Assembly: GCA_041576165.1 (NCBI GenBank)
Contig: JBFGLM010000011.1
Span: 37,657-101,656 of the forward strand
Reading direction: 5' to 3'
DNA length: 64,000 nt
Source: Acidimicrobiia bacterium
GTDB taxonomy: Bacteria > Actinomycetota > Acidimicrobiia > Spongiisociales > Spongiisociaceae
Under the pieces are notes generated by a model. That model made no database searches. It worked only from the letters and a program-made list of their open reading frames with translations, and was not told the DNA's origin. This document shows, piece by piece, positions 39,454-49,132 of the stretch. A program made the translations under genes and the position numbers. Numbering within the stretch: position 1 is the stretch's first letter; each line of letters begins with the position of its first letter.

Positions 39454-40910
39454 CCGCCGAAGAACGCGTTGTAGTCGGCCAGCGCCTGATTGGCCCGTTC
39501 GGCCGCCTCGTCGAGGGCCTCCTGTGCGGTCAAACCCCCATCGAGCACCGCGCTGTAGGCCTCCACGATGATCCGGCGAATCTCCGGGAACGGGCCGGAC
39601 CGGCCGCCGAGCACTGCGTAGTTGATGGAGCCGTCATCGTTCACGGTCTTCGTCGTTGCCAGCTGGTCAATGGCTGTGCGGAAGTTCGGGTTCTCGTCCC
39701 AGAAGGCCGCCAGCGCGTCCGGCGGATCCTGCTGCAAAGACGCCAGCACGGGGAAGTACCCCGTTCCGGTATGCCACGTGACCTGCGGATCGGACTCGGT
39801 CATGAACTTCATGAAGTCCCACGACGCGGCGTTGACCGCATCATCGCCGGAGTCGATGAGCCACAGCGCGGCGCCGCCGATCACGACCCCGTTGCGCTCG
39901 CTCGAGTCGCTGTGGGGGATGAAAGCGGTCTTCACTGTGAAGTTGGCGTTGTCCTGGAACCCGCGAGCCCCGGCGGTCGAGTCGAAGATCATCGCGGCCT
40001 CTTCGGCGAAGAAGACACTGTCGGTGTCCGTCCACGTATTGCCCAGGTTCGGAGCATGTCCATCGGCGATCAAGCCGGTCAGGAAGTCGAACACCTCAAC
40101 GCCCTGACCCTGGTTGAACTCCACCTCAGTCGCCCGGTCGGTGCGGCCGTTGTCGTTGTTGAAGTACAACCCTCCGCTGTTGGCCAGGATCTGCTCGAAA
40201 TACCACCCCACCGTGCCGAACGTCACGCAGAACTCGACGCCACTCGCCTCGATCGCGTCGCACGCAGCGAGGAAATCGGTGAAGTTCCAGTCCGGAGCCG
40301 GTTGGTCCACGCCCGCTGCTTCGAACATCTCCGCGTTGTAATAGACGATCGGCGTGCTGGAGTTGAACGCCAGCGCCACCATCCCGGTCTCATCGGAGTA
40401 GTAATCACGAGGCGCCGCCAGAAACGCGTCGGCCTCCCCGGGAGCCATCAATTGGTGGGCCGGGATCAGCCGGCCGGTATCGAACATGGTCTGTGCCGCC
40501 AGGTCGAAGTTTTGGACGATATTCGGCGCGGTGCCGGCATCGAACGAGGCCAGCAGCGCGTTGTAGGTGTCGTCGTAGGTGCCCTGGAACGTTGCGTTCA
40601 CCACCACATCCGACTGGCTCGAGTTGTACTGGGCGACGAGTTCGTCGACCACCTCACCCAGATCGTCGGCCATGGCATGCCAGAACTCGACGGTGATCGC
40701 CTCCATAGGCTCTTCGCCGGCCGCTTCGGTCGTATCCGCCGCCGCTGCAGTTGTTTCGGCACCGGCGTCGGGCTCTTCTTCCGCTGGCGCTTCGGTCGCA
40801 GCGGTCTCTCCTTCGGTGCCCTCTCCCTCGCCGCCATCATCACCACCACATGCGGCGGCGACGAGTGCAAACGCAAGGAGCAGCGCCAGCAATGTTCTCA
40901 AGTGTTTCAA
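39450..40910 (-). CDS. ABC substrate-binding lipoprotein (UgpB-like)
   Basis: Lipobox VAAAC; FWHAM, FNSSTPIVYYN, IGGAALW, WHTGTGYFP. Confidence 0.88.
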   Translation of the reverse strand: MKHLRTLLALLLAFALVAAACGGDDGGEGEGTEGETAATEAPAEEEPDAGAETTAAAADTTEAAGEEPMEAITVEFWHAMADDLGEVVDELVAQYNSSQSDVVVNATFQGTYDDTYNALLASFDAGTAPNIVQNFDLAAQTMFDTGRLIPAHQLMAPGEADAFLAAPRDYYSDETGMVALAFNSSTPIVYYNAEMFEAAGVDQPAPDWNFTDFLAACDAIEASGVEFCVTFGTVGWYFEQILANSGGLYFNNDNGRTDRATEVEFNQGQGVEVFDFLTGLIADGHAPNLGNTWTDTDSVFFAEEAAMIFDSTAGARGFQDNANFTVKTAFIPHSDSSERNGVVIGGAALWLIDSGDDAVNAASWDFMKFMTESDPQVTWHTGTGYFPVLASLQQDPPDALAAFWDENPNFRTAIDQLATTKTVNDDGSINYAVLGGRSGPFPEIRRIIVEAYSAVLDGGLTAQEALDEAAERANQALADYNAFFGG

Positions 40911-40954
40911 GATGTCCTTCCTCTCTTGGCTTCCTTACATGCGATCGCGCGTCA

Positions 40955-41848
40955 TCAGCCCTTCAGTCCGGACATGGCTATGCCTTTGACCAGCTGTTTC
41001 TGCGCAATCAAGAACACGATGAGGGTAGGCAACATGACGATCGTGGCGCCGGCGGTGATGGCTCCCCAGTCCGTGGCGCGCTCCTGGTTGGCGAGGAAGA
41101 AGCGGATTCCGATCTGAGCGGTGCGCATCGATTCCTCGTTGGTGATCACCAGCGGCCACAGGTACTGGTTCCAGGCTCCCAAGAACGAAAAGATGGTGAA
41201 GGCCGCAATTGCCCCCCGGCTCAGCGGAACCATCACCCGCCACAAGTAATACCAGTCGGTAGCCCCGTCGATGCGGGCTGCCTCATAGAGATCCCGCGGG
41301 ATGGACAGGAAGAACTGCCGGAGCATGAACACTCCGAACGCGCTCGCCAGGAACGGGATCGTGAGCCCTGTGTAGGTGTTGGCCCAACCCAGATTGCTGA
41401 TCAGGACGAAGTTGGGGATGAACGTCAGCTCGAAGGGCACCATCAAGCTGCCGAGGACGATCGCGAACAGCGCGTTGCGGCCCCGAAACTCGAACATGGC
41501 GAAGGCGTAACCCGCCATGATGCTGAACAAGACCTGGGCGATGGTGATGATACCGGTCTGCACGAAGCTGTTGATCATGAATCGACCGAAGGGCGTGGCC
41601 GTCCACGCGGTCACGTAGTTGTCGAACGTCCATGGCATCGTCCAGATCGAATTGGGGTCGGACAGGATCCGGTTTAGGGGCGTGAAGCTGGTGAAGATCG
41701 CCACCACGATCGGTACCGAAACCACCAGACCGATGGCGAACAGGGCGATCTGGACCGGCAACTCCCGCCCCGAGCGGCGGGCGGGACGCGGCGTTGCGAC
41801 GGTTTCCCCTGCATAGACGTCGGTCGGAGCGGAGTCGATAGCCGTCAT
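40955..41848 (-). CDS. Carbohydrate ABC permease (UgpE-like)
   Basis: LRQFFLSIPRDLYEAARIDGA EAA motif; WNQYLWPL. Confidence 0.92.
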   Translation of the reverse strand: MTAIDSAPTDVYAGETVATPRPARRSGRELPVQIALFAIGLVVSVPIVVAIFTSFTPLNRILSDPNSIWTMPWTFDNYVTAWTATPFGRFMINSFVQTGIITIAQVLFSIMAGYAFAMFEFRGRNALFAIVLGSLMVPFELTFIPNFVLISNLGWANTYTGLTIPFLASAFGVFMLRQFFLSIPRDLYEAARIDGATDWYYLWRVMVPLSRGAIAAFTIFSFLGAWNQYLWPLVITNEESMRTAQIGIRFFLANQERATDWGAITAGATIVMLPTLIVFLIAQKQLVKGIAMSGLKG

Positions 41849-42783
41849 CCGTAATGCACCCTCTTGCGGAAGCCGCGGAACTGCACGAAGGACACCGCGA
41901 TGATCATCAATGCCAGCAGGAACGCCTGGGCGGACGCCAGCCCGCGGAAGCGGGTACCGACGAAGCCGTCCACGAAGACCGAATACACGAGGTTCTCGGT
42001 CGCCTGACCGGGGCCGCCCTGAGTCAGAATGTCGATCTCACCGAAGGCCTGAAAGCTGATGATCACGTTGATGACGACCAGGAACAGCAGCGTCGGCGAG
42101 AGGAGAGGGAGCGTCACGTGGCGAATCCGGGCCCAAGCACTGGCGCCGTCGACCTTGGCCGCCTCGTAATACGACTCGTCGATCTGCTGCAGACCCGCCA
42201 GGGCGATGATCACATTGAAGCCAAGCTGGCGCCACACGACGGCCACGGTGACGGCGAACAGGGCCCAGGTGCGGGAGGTGAGCCAGTTGGGCCCGTCCAC
42301 CCCGATCGCGTCCAGCCATGTATTGAGATGGCCCACCACCGGGTTGTACAACCAGCGGAACAGGACCCCAGCTACGGCGCTGCTGATGACGACCGGGACG
42401 AAGATCAGCAGCCGGTGCGCCCAGGAAAGCCGCCGGACCGGAAACGCGAGGAGCAACGCGATCGCGACGGCCAGCGCAATGCCCACCGGCACCGTCCCGA
42501 TCATGAAGAAGACCGATACGAGCACGTTGTTCCAGAACTCGCTGCTTTGCAGCAGCCGGGTGTAGTTGTCGAGCCCGACAAATATCTCGGCGGTCCCGAA
42601 CGGGGCCACCCGGTTCATACTGAGCCGGAACGATTCGATGATCGGGAAGTAGACGAAGACGGCCAAGATGATGAGGGTCGGCGCCAGGTATAGATACGCC
42701 TTGGACCCGCCGCTGCGCAGACGGCCCGACCGCCGTGACCGGCGACGGGCCTGCCAGGCCGGCTCGGCTGGCGCCACGCTCAC
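41845..42783 (-). CDS. Carbohydrate ABC permease (UgpA-like)
   Basis: FVGLDNY, YEAAKVDGA, TLPLLSPT, LTQGGP. Confidence 0.92.
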   Translation of the reverse strand: MSVAPAEPAWQARRRSRRSGRLRSGGSKAYLYLAPTLIILAVFVYFPIIESFRLSMNRVAPFGTAEIFVGLDNYTRLLQSSEFWNNVLVSVFFMIGTVPVGIALAVAIALLLAFPVRRLSWAHRLLIFVPVVISSAVAGVLFRWLYNPVVGHLNTWLDAIGVDGPNWLTSRTWALFAVTVAVVWRQLGFNVIIALAGLQQIDESYYEAAKVDGASAWARIRHVTLPLLSPTLLFLVVINVIISFQAFGEIDILTQGGPGQATENLVYSVFVDGFVGTRFRGLASAQAFLLALMIIAVSFVQFRGFRKRVHYG

Positions 42784-43050
42784 GGCGTTGCCGCGATCAT
42801 CCAGGAGGCCCGCGCCGGGTTCGGCCGAGCGGGGCCATGAGCGAAATACTTACCGATGCGCACGCCCTGCTTCCTCCCGTGCCGCCGGCGGTCTGCCCAC
42901 GAGCCTAGGCGTCCGAGTCGGGTGTTTGCTGATTTTGGGCTGCCAACCCGGGCCGGATTCAGGATCCCGGGAGGGGCCCGGCTGAGGAGGTGGCCGGTGC
43001 GCCATCGCCGGCGCCGGGCTCATGATGTTCGGCGGTGTCCGGCGGGACTC

Positions 43051-43665
43051 TCACCGACCCGGAGTTGGCGGGCCGTACTCATGCCGCAACATCACCGCGA
43101 TTCGCGGACGGGCTGACGCCACCTTGGGAATGGTGTGTTCCCAGGTCCGTTGACAGGACCCGCCCATCACTATCAGGTCCCCGTGCCCGAGCGAAAAGCT
43201 GACCGAACTCCCACCACCCTTGGGTCGGAGGAGGAACCTGCGGGGGCCGGCCAGCGAGACGGTTGCCACGGTGGCCTCGGGCAAATCCCGGGCGATCCGG
43301 TCTCCGTGCCAGGCCACGCTGTCGTTGCCGTCCCGGTAGTAGCCGGCCGAAACCCGGTCCAGCCGCACACGGTATCGATCCGACAACAGCTCGATCATCT
43401 CCTCGATCCGCGCGTCCCAGCTGCTGTCGACCGCAGCATTGAGCCGTGGGGTCTGGACCATGCGGTCGTACATGCGCACCACTGGGCTCGACCACTCTGC
43501 CCGATCCGCGATCAGCTCGAAGAGTGACTCGTCCCCTTCCAGCCACCCGGGCGCGTAGTCGACCCAGGCTCCTGAACCCAGCCATTGCCGCTGGAGGCTG
43601 CGGAAATCCGGATCGACGGTTGGCAGCCCGGTGCCGAACAAGGATCCTTGGGTTGGAGCGAACAT
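43051..43665 (-). CDS. AlkB family 2OG-Fe(II) dioxygenase
   Basis: YRDGNDSVAWHGD, WEHTIPK, RI motifs. Confidence 0.92.
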   Translation of the reverse strand: MFAPTQGSLFGTGLPTVDPDFRSLQRQWLGSGAWVDYAPGWLEGDESLFELIADRAEWSSPVVRMYDRMVQTPRLNAAVDSSWDARIEEMIELLSDRYRVRLDRVSAGYYRDGNDSVAWHGDRIARDLPEATVATVSLAGPRRFLLRPKGGGSSVSFSLGHGDLIVMGGSCQRTWEHTIPKVASARPRIAVMLRHEYGPPTPGR

Positions 43666-43673
43666 ACGTTCGA
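43658..43673. promoter_or_regulatory. LexA (SOS) box overlapping the alkB start codon
   Basis: GCGAAC-ATAC-GTTCGA matches the actinobacterial consensus TCGAAC-N4-GTTCGA at 11 of 12 positions; TG-N-TAACAT -10 lies 7 nt before the ATG. Confidence 0.85.
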
Positions 43674-43719
43674 TGTTATCACAACCGGTGAACGTGCCTC
43701 GTTGTCGAGGGACCGACTC

Positions 43720-44874
43720 TCAGACCGGGCGGACCGCAGCCCTCGGCGACCTACCCAGCCACACGCCGATCACACCCAGGGCCGCCACGATCAGCGCCAC
43801 CGCTGCGAAGGTGGCGCCCGGACCGGGTCCGGCATACAACGGTGCCGACAACAGTGCGGCGAGGCCGGCGCCGATCTGACCCGCCGCTGCGACCAGCCCC
43901 TGGCCGGCAGCCCGTTCGCCCTCCCCGGTCGCCTTCGCCATGGCGGCCTGGCTGGCGGGGATACCCGCCCCATTTCCTACAGCCTCGATCATCGCGAGTC
44001 CCATCAGGAGCCAGGGGGAACGCAGCTGGCCGTAGATCATCGTCATGGGGACGATCACGGCCAGGGCGATGGTGATGGCGCGCCACGGTCCGTACCGATC
44101 GATATAGCGGCCGGCCATCGCAGCTGTGATCGCGAACGGAACGCCGTACATACTCAGGGTCGCGCCCACAAAGAGGGTGCTGGCACCCAAATCCTCCAGG
44201 AATCGGGCCCAGATCGCCTCATACATGCCGACTGGAAGGAACAAGGCGGCGCCAAGCAGTATCGCCGCCCGAGCGTCGCGCCGCGCGACAATGCTGGTGG
44301 CGACGGCCCAGCGGCGTTCCCGCTGCACGACCCGGATGTCGGGGAGGGGCATGCGGGCGAGCGGGGGCGCCACTGCAATGAGCAGAATCCCCAGGAGAAT
44401 GAACGGGGCGTCCAGTCCCCAGAGTCGGTGCGCCGCTGCGCCGATCACTGGGCCCGCCACGAATCCGGCCGTTTCCACCGCCGCCAGGTGCCCGAGGCGC
44501 TCGCCGGCCCGGGTCGGGTCGGCCGACGAGACCACCGCCCGGGCGGCGGGCTGGAAGGCGCCGATTCCAATCCCGGCGATCAAGCGGGCCGCGACCAGTT
44601 CGGCCACCGTGGTGGCGGCGGCCACCCACAGCGAACTGATCGCGGCGACGACAACTGCGGCCACCATCAACACACGCGCGCGTCCCCGATCGGCCAGCGG
44701 GGCGAGCCAGAGCTGGGATGCCACCGATGAGAAGAACGCTGCGCCCGCAACAATCCCGAGTGAGGAGCTGGCGAACCCTAGGTCGTCCTGCAGAGACGCC
44801 AGCAGCGCGAACACCACCCCGAGCGACGCGGTGAGTGTGAACAATGCGACGTAGACGCTGCGCCCGATCTTCAT
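43720..44874 (-). CDS. MFS transporter
   Basis: 12 TM helices; LADRGRAR and GRYIDRYG loop motifs. Confidence 0.9.
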   Translation of the reverse strand: MKIGRSVYVALFTLTASLGVVFALLASLQDDLGFASSSLGIVAGAAFFSSVASQLWLAPLADRGRARVLMVAAVVVAAISSLWVAAATTVAELVAARLIAGIGIGAFQPAARAVVSSADPTRAGERLGHLAAVETAGFVAGPVIGAAAHRLWGLDAPFILLGILLIAVAPPLARMPLPDIRVVQRERRWAVATSIVARRDARAAILLGAALFLPVGMYEAIWARFLEDLGASTLFVGATLSMYGVPFAITAAMAGRYIDRYGPWRAITIALAVIVPMTMIYGQLRSPWLLMGLAMIEAVGNGAGIPASQAAMAKATGEGERAAGQGLVAAAGQIGAGLAALLSAPLYAGPGPGATFAAVALIVAALGVIGVWLGRSPRAAVRPV

Positions 44875-45239
44875 GCCGGTGAGTCTGCCCCATCAGCCGA
44901 TGTGAGAAAAGCCAATTTGGACCCTGCCCGTGGCTGCCACGAGCCACGGCAGGCTCAGTGGCGGCCGCGGGGGACCCGAGCGCCCACCGGACCTCGTCGA
45001 TCATGACCGGGAATACGAACCCGGGTTGTCTCCCTGGTCTCCTGGACGCCACCAGACGGTGCCGGCAACGCGCTCTCCCCAGACACACGGACCGTCCGAC
45101 CGGTCCTCGAAGTCGAGAAGTCCCTTCCTCTGATCTTCGTGGTCGTCCTGGCGACGGCGCGCTAGCTGCGACGGTCCCGATGCCAACGCAGCGATTCACT
45201 CGCAGCTCATGACTCACCCGGGGCCGGCCCTGCGCTAGG

Positions 45240-45518
45240 TTGCAGCTGGTGCAGAGCATCGACGTCGAGCCCCTGGGTCAGGACGGTTTTCGGGTCACAG
45301 TGACCGACGACCGGTCCGCTACCGATCACCGGGTGACTGCGGCCCCGGACGACCTCGCCCGGCTGGGCGCAGGAGCCGAGCCCGCCCAAGTGATCGAGGC
45401 GTCGTTCCGCTTCCTGCTCGATCGGGAGCCGAAGGAGGCAATCCTGCGTTCGTTTGAGTTGAGTGTCATCTCCTCGTACTTCCCGGAGTACGAGTCGGAG
45501 CTGCGCAGATATCTGTGA
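45240..45518 (+). CDS. Conserved hypothetical protein
   Basis: 92 aa with SFRFLLDREPKEAILRSFELSVISSYFPEYE motif. Confidence 0.75.
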   Translation: MQLVQSIDVEPLGQDGFRVTVTDDRSATDHRVTAAPDDLARLGAGAEPAQVIEASFRFLLDREPKEAILRSFELSVISSYFPEYESELRRYL

Positions 45519-45601
45519 GGCCGACAACTGATGGTCGGCCCGGTGGCTGACACAGGTCCTCAGGCGGACCTCTCGTGAAGTCACACGGACTGGGGGCCAC
45601 G

Positions 45602-46654
45602 ATGGGTGTCACGCTCGGCATCGGCACGGTCAAGGGCGCCTGGTTTGCCAGATCGGCCGATCGCGCTGTCTGGGAGGTGCAAGGCCCCTACCACCGTGGA
45701 TGGGAGGTCACCACCTTCGGCCGCTCCCCCGGCGGGGACCACCTCCTGGCGACCGGTTCCACCTGGTACGGGGCAGCTCTGCACCGTTCTCCGAACCTCG
45801 TTGAATGGCATCAGATCGTGAATGGTCCCGCGTACGAACCCGACGGCGGACGCCGCCTCGAGCGCATCTGGACGCTGGCAACCCACGAAAGCCGTCTATA
45901 CGCCGGGGTGGCGGAAGCAGGACTGTTCGTTAGTGAGGATGACGGCACCTCCTGGACGGGTGTCGAATCGCTCAACGAACACAACACCCGATCCGCGTGG
46001 GAGCCAGGCCTGGGCGGGCTCGCGCTGCACCGCATTGTGGTGGACGGTTCGGATGCGGCGAGGATGTGGGTCGCCATCTCGGCGGTCGGCGTGTTTGCGA
46101 CCCAAGACGGAGGAGCCTCATGGGAGCTCCGCAACGGTGGCGTCGAGGCCGCCGCGCCGTCGGAACACGCCGACGTCGGTTATTGCGTCCACAGCCTCGC
46201 GGCGGATCATGGCGATGCCGATACGATCTGGCGGCAGGACCATCGTGGTATCTACCGCACCACGAACGGTGGCCGAGCCTGGGAGCGCATCGAGAAGGGG
46301 ATCCCGGGCAGCGCCTTCGGGTTTCCGATCGTGCGCGATCCCGTGAGCGAGAGCCTCTTCGTCATCCCGCTTGAATCCGACGAATACCGGATGCCGGTCG
46401 ACGGCGACTTGCGCGTGTACCGCTCGAGGAACCGGGGTGAGTCCTGGCAGGTGTCAGGTGTAGGTCTTCCCACGACGCCCACCTACACCGGAGTGCTGCG
46501 AGACGCCATGGATATCGACGGTCACAGCCCGGCCGGCGTCTACTTCGGGACGACCAGCGGCGATGTCTGGATCTCCGCCGACACGGGCGACACCTGGCAG
46601 AGACTGCCGGAAACCTTCCCGCGGATAACCAGTGTGAAGGTGGTTGATCCCTGA
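45602..46654 (+). CDS. BNR/Asp-box repeat beta-propeller (sialidase-like fold), no signal peptide
   Basis: Repeated S.D.G.SW Asp-boxes (SEDDGTSW, TQDGGASW, TTNGGRAW, SRNRGESW, SADTGDTW); CVH motif. Confidence 0.88.
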   Translation: MGVTLGIGTVKGAWFARSADRAVWEVQGPYHRGWEVTTFGRSPGGDHLLATGSTWYGAALHRSPNLVEWHQIVNGPAYEPDGGRRLERIWTLATHESRLYAGVAEAGLFVSEDDGTSWTGVESLNEHNTRSAWEPGLGGLALHRIVVDGSDAARMWVAISAVGVFATQDGGASWELRNGGVEAAAPSEHADVGYCVHSLAADHGDADTIWRQDHRGIYRTTNGGRAWERIEKGIPGSAFGFPIVRDPVSESLFVIPLESDEYRMPVDGDLRVYRSRNRGESWQVSGVGLPTTPTYTGVLRDAMDIDGHSPAGVYFGTTSGDVWISADTGDTWQRLPETFPRITSVKVVDP

Positions 46655-46923
46655 TGGCCCACGTACGTGTCACGATCCCGACGATGCTGGCGGCGCTGGT
46701 TGCCGGTAGCCGCCGGTTTCAAGTTGACGCGCTCGACGTGGATGGCGTGCTCGAGGCGATCTTCGCTCTGCATCCAGAGCTGCGCGTGCACATCCTCGAC
46801 GAGCAGGGAGCGGTGCGGCCACACGTCTTGGTCTTTCACAACAACGCGCAGGTGGCCGGCCGCACCGCCAGCGTCGCAGACGGCGACCAGGTGACCGTGT
46901 TGCAGGCCGTGAGCGGCGGATGA
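46654..46923 (+). CDS. MoaD/ThiS family ubiquitin-like protein
   Basis: 89 aa ending DGDQVTVLQAVSGG; TGATG coupling. Confidence 0.9.
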   Translation: MAHVRVTIPTMLAALVAGSRRFQVDALDVDGVLEAIFALHPELRVHILDEQGAVRPHVLVFHNNAQVAGRTASVADGDQVTVLQAVSGG

Positions 46924-47046
46924 GACCGGAGCGCTCGTAATTCGAGCGTGAACTCGTCACTCGAGCAGTAGCGTGGGGCCACGCTGCGACCCAACGCCCG
47001 TCGGGCCGTCGAAATCCATCGAGCCCCAAACCACTCTCTGACCGCC

Positions 47047-47814
47047 ATGACTCTCGTCGACGCCGATCTCCAGCATCTGGGAATGATCCAGGCGTTCGTC
47101 GGGGCCGCTGAGTCGGCTCCCAACGGCCACGTGGGCCGGTTCGGGGGTGTGGTCACAGCCGTCACCGGCTCGACCATGTCGTTCTTCAACCAGATCGTGG
47201 TGGAGTCCGCCGAAGCCACGGTTGCCGACTACAGAGCGGCGATCGATGCCATGCAATCCTCCGGACTTGGCTTCGCAGCCCACTTGCGCACGGGCGACGA
47301 CGACCGCTTTGTTGCAGCCGCCGAGGCGTCGCCGTTGATGCGGCTGTCGATACCGCCCACGCCGGGCATGGTGCTCGGCCCGATCCCCGATCACGACCCA
47401 CCCGCTCGACTGGAGATCCGCACCGGATTGGACGTCTTCGAGGATCACCTGGACGTGGTGGCTGCCGGCTTCGAGCTATCCCGGCGAGTCATCGAGTCGT
47501 TCATGACACCAGAGTTTGTGGCGCGAGATACCGTGCAGCTGTTTGTGGGGTACGACAACGATCGAGCGGTCAGCACCTCGTTCGGCATGACGTATGGGCG
47601 GACCGTCAATATCTTCAATGTGGCGACTCTTCCGGATCACCGGGGACGCGGATACGGCGCAGCGTTGACGATGGCCGCGGCAATCGCCGGGCGGACGGCC
47701 GGCCGCGATCGCGCGTGTCTGCAGTCAAGCCCAATGGGGCGTCCCGTCTACGAACGCCTCGGATTCAGGACGGTGGTCCAGTACACCGAGTGGTCCTCTC
47801 CCCCGCCTGGGTGA
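47047..47814 (+). CDS. GNAT family N-acetyltransferase
   Basis: NVATLPDHRGRGYGAALT..LQSSPMG..VYERLGF. Confidence 0.9.
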   Translation: MTLVDADLQHLGMIQAFVGAAESAPNGHVGRFGGVVTAVTGSTMSFFNQIVVESAEATVADYRAAIDAMQSSGLGFAAHLRTGDDDRFVAAAEASPLMRLSIPPTPGMVLGPIPDHDPPARLEIRTGLDVFEDHLDVVAAGFELSRRVIESFMTPEFVARDTVQLFVGYDNDRAVSTSFGMTYGRTVNIFNVATLPDHRGRGYGAALTMAAAIAGRTAGRDRACLQSSPMGRPVYERLGFRTVVQYTEWSSPPPG

Positions 47815-47836
47815 CGGCCATGCGCGGCCGCAGGCC

Positions 47837-49027
47837 TCATGCGAGCTGACCCTGATCAATCTCTCGACCACCCTGGACGATCAGCCGGGGACACCCTAGC
47901 GCTCCCAGATCCGCCAGCGGGTCGGCATCAACCACGACCAGATCCGCCACACAACCCGGCTGCACCATCCCGCGGGCGGGCAGACCGAGCGCGGCCGCCG
48001 CACGGCCGGTGGCGGCGCGCAGCGCGCCGGCCGCGCCGAGACCGAGGTCGGCGAGAAGTTCCAGTTCGGTCACGAGGCTGCCCGGGTAGTTGAACGGCGT
48101 ACCGGCATCAGTCCCGGCCAGGACCGTTGCGCCTGCCCCGATCGCTCTGGCAATCCCGGCTGCGTGGCGATGCGCCACCTCTTCGGTGCGGCGCCGGACA
48201 TCCGCGGGGAGCTCGTCAGCGTGGCGTTGGAGCATCTCCACTGCGGTGAGCGTCGGTACGAGCGCCACACCCTGGTCCACGCATCGATCTGCCTGCTCGG
48301 CGCTGAACCCAACGGCATGTTCAATGGTGTCGACCCCGCCGTCCAGTGCCACGTCGACGCCGGCCGAGCCGACCACGTGCGCTGCCACGAGAATGTCCTC
48401 AGCGTGTGCAACCTCCACTGCGGCTGCGACTTCCTCGGTGGACATGGTGACGACGTCACCGTGGCTGCCGCTACCCAACACTCCCCCGGTGGGGAATAGC
48501 TTGATCGCCTCCGCGCCGTGTCTGATCTCCTCGGCCACCGCGGTAGCCACTGCCCGCGCTCCATCCGCGCAGACGCCGACCATCCAGCCGTGCCCGCCAG
48601 TCGGGGTGATACCGCGCCCGGCGGCCACGATGCGCGCCCCGACCAGCAGGCCCGCCCGCTGGCGTTGCGCCACGCCGATAGCGACTCCGTCCCGCGAACC
48701 CATGTCTCGTGCGCATGTGATCCCATGACGAAGCAGCTTGGCGGCATTCCGGTCGGCTCGATCCTCGATCTTTTCGATGGGATCAGTCGCGACGGATTCC
48801 ACGCCCGCCATGGTCGCGTCCAAGCACAAATGAACGTGAGCGTCGATCAATCCAGGCACCACAAATCCGCCGCTGTGCAGGATCTCGACACCGGAAAGGT
48901 CGGCGGCATCATCGGCACCTACCCAGACGATGTCACGGTCCTGCCAAATCACAGTGCCGAACTCGTTCAGCGACTCGTCCGAGCCGGTGAACACGCTCGT
49001 TGCGGTGATGGCGTGACGCGTTGCCAT
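47837..49027 (-). CDS. Metal-dependent amidohydrolase family protein
   Basis: PGLIDAHVH, IKL, AAH, TIEH, GTDAG; start ATG 49027 with SD AAAGGAG. Confidence 0.9.
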   Translation of the reverse strand: MATRHAITATSVFTGSDESLNEFGTVIWQDRDIVWVGADDAADLSGVEILHSGGFVVPGLIDAHVHLCLDATMAGVESVATDPIEKIEDRADRNAAKLLRHGITCARDMGSRDGVAIGVAQRQRAGLLVGARIVAAGRGITPTGGHGWMVGVCADGARAVATAVAEEIRHGAEAIKLFPTGGVLGSGSHGDVVTMSTEEVAAAVEVAHAEDILVAAHVVGSAGVDVALDGGVDTIEHAVGFSAEQADRCVDQGVALVPTLTAVEMLQRHADELPADVRRRTEEVAHRHAAGIARAIGAGATVLAGTDAGTPFNYPGSLVTELELLADLGLGAAGALRAATGRAAAALGLPARGMVQPGCVADLVVVDADPLADLGALGCPRLIVQGGREIDQGQLA

Positions 49028-49132
49028 TCCGCTCCTTTCGCTCGAGGTGGGCAGAGTAGGGCGTTCACATCCAACTGACCGTGTCGCTTCACGCGCGCTC
49101 ATCGCCGGCGCTCGACGAGTAGATTCGCCTGC

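Noticed and set aside
39432-41117. Long antisense or alternate-frame ORFs (e.g. 39432..41117 +, 10333..11745 -, 54854..56053 +, 35816..37105 +)
   Set aside because: Shadow ORFs of real high-GC genes; no family motifs
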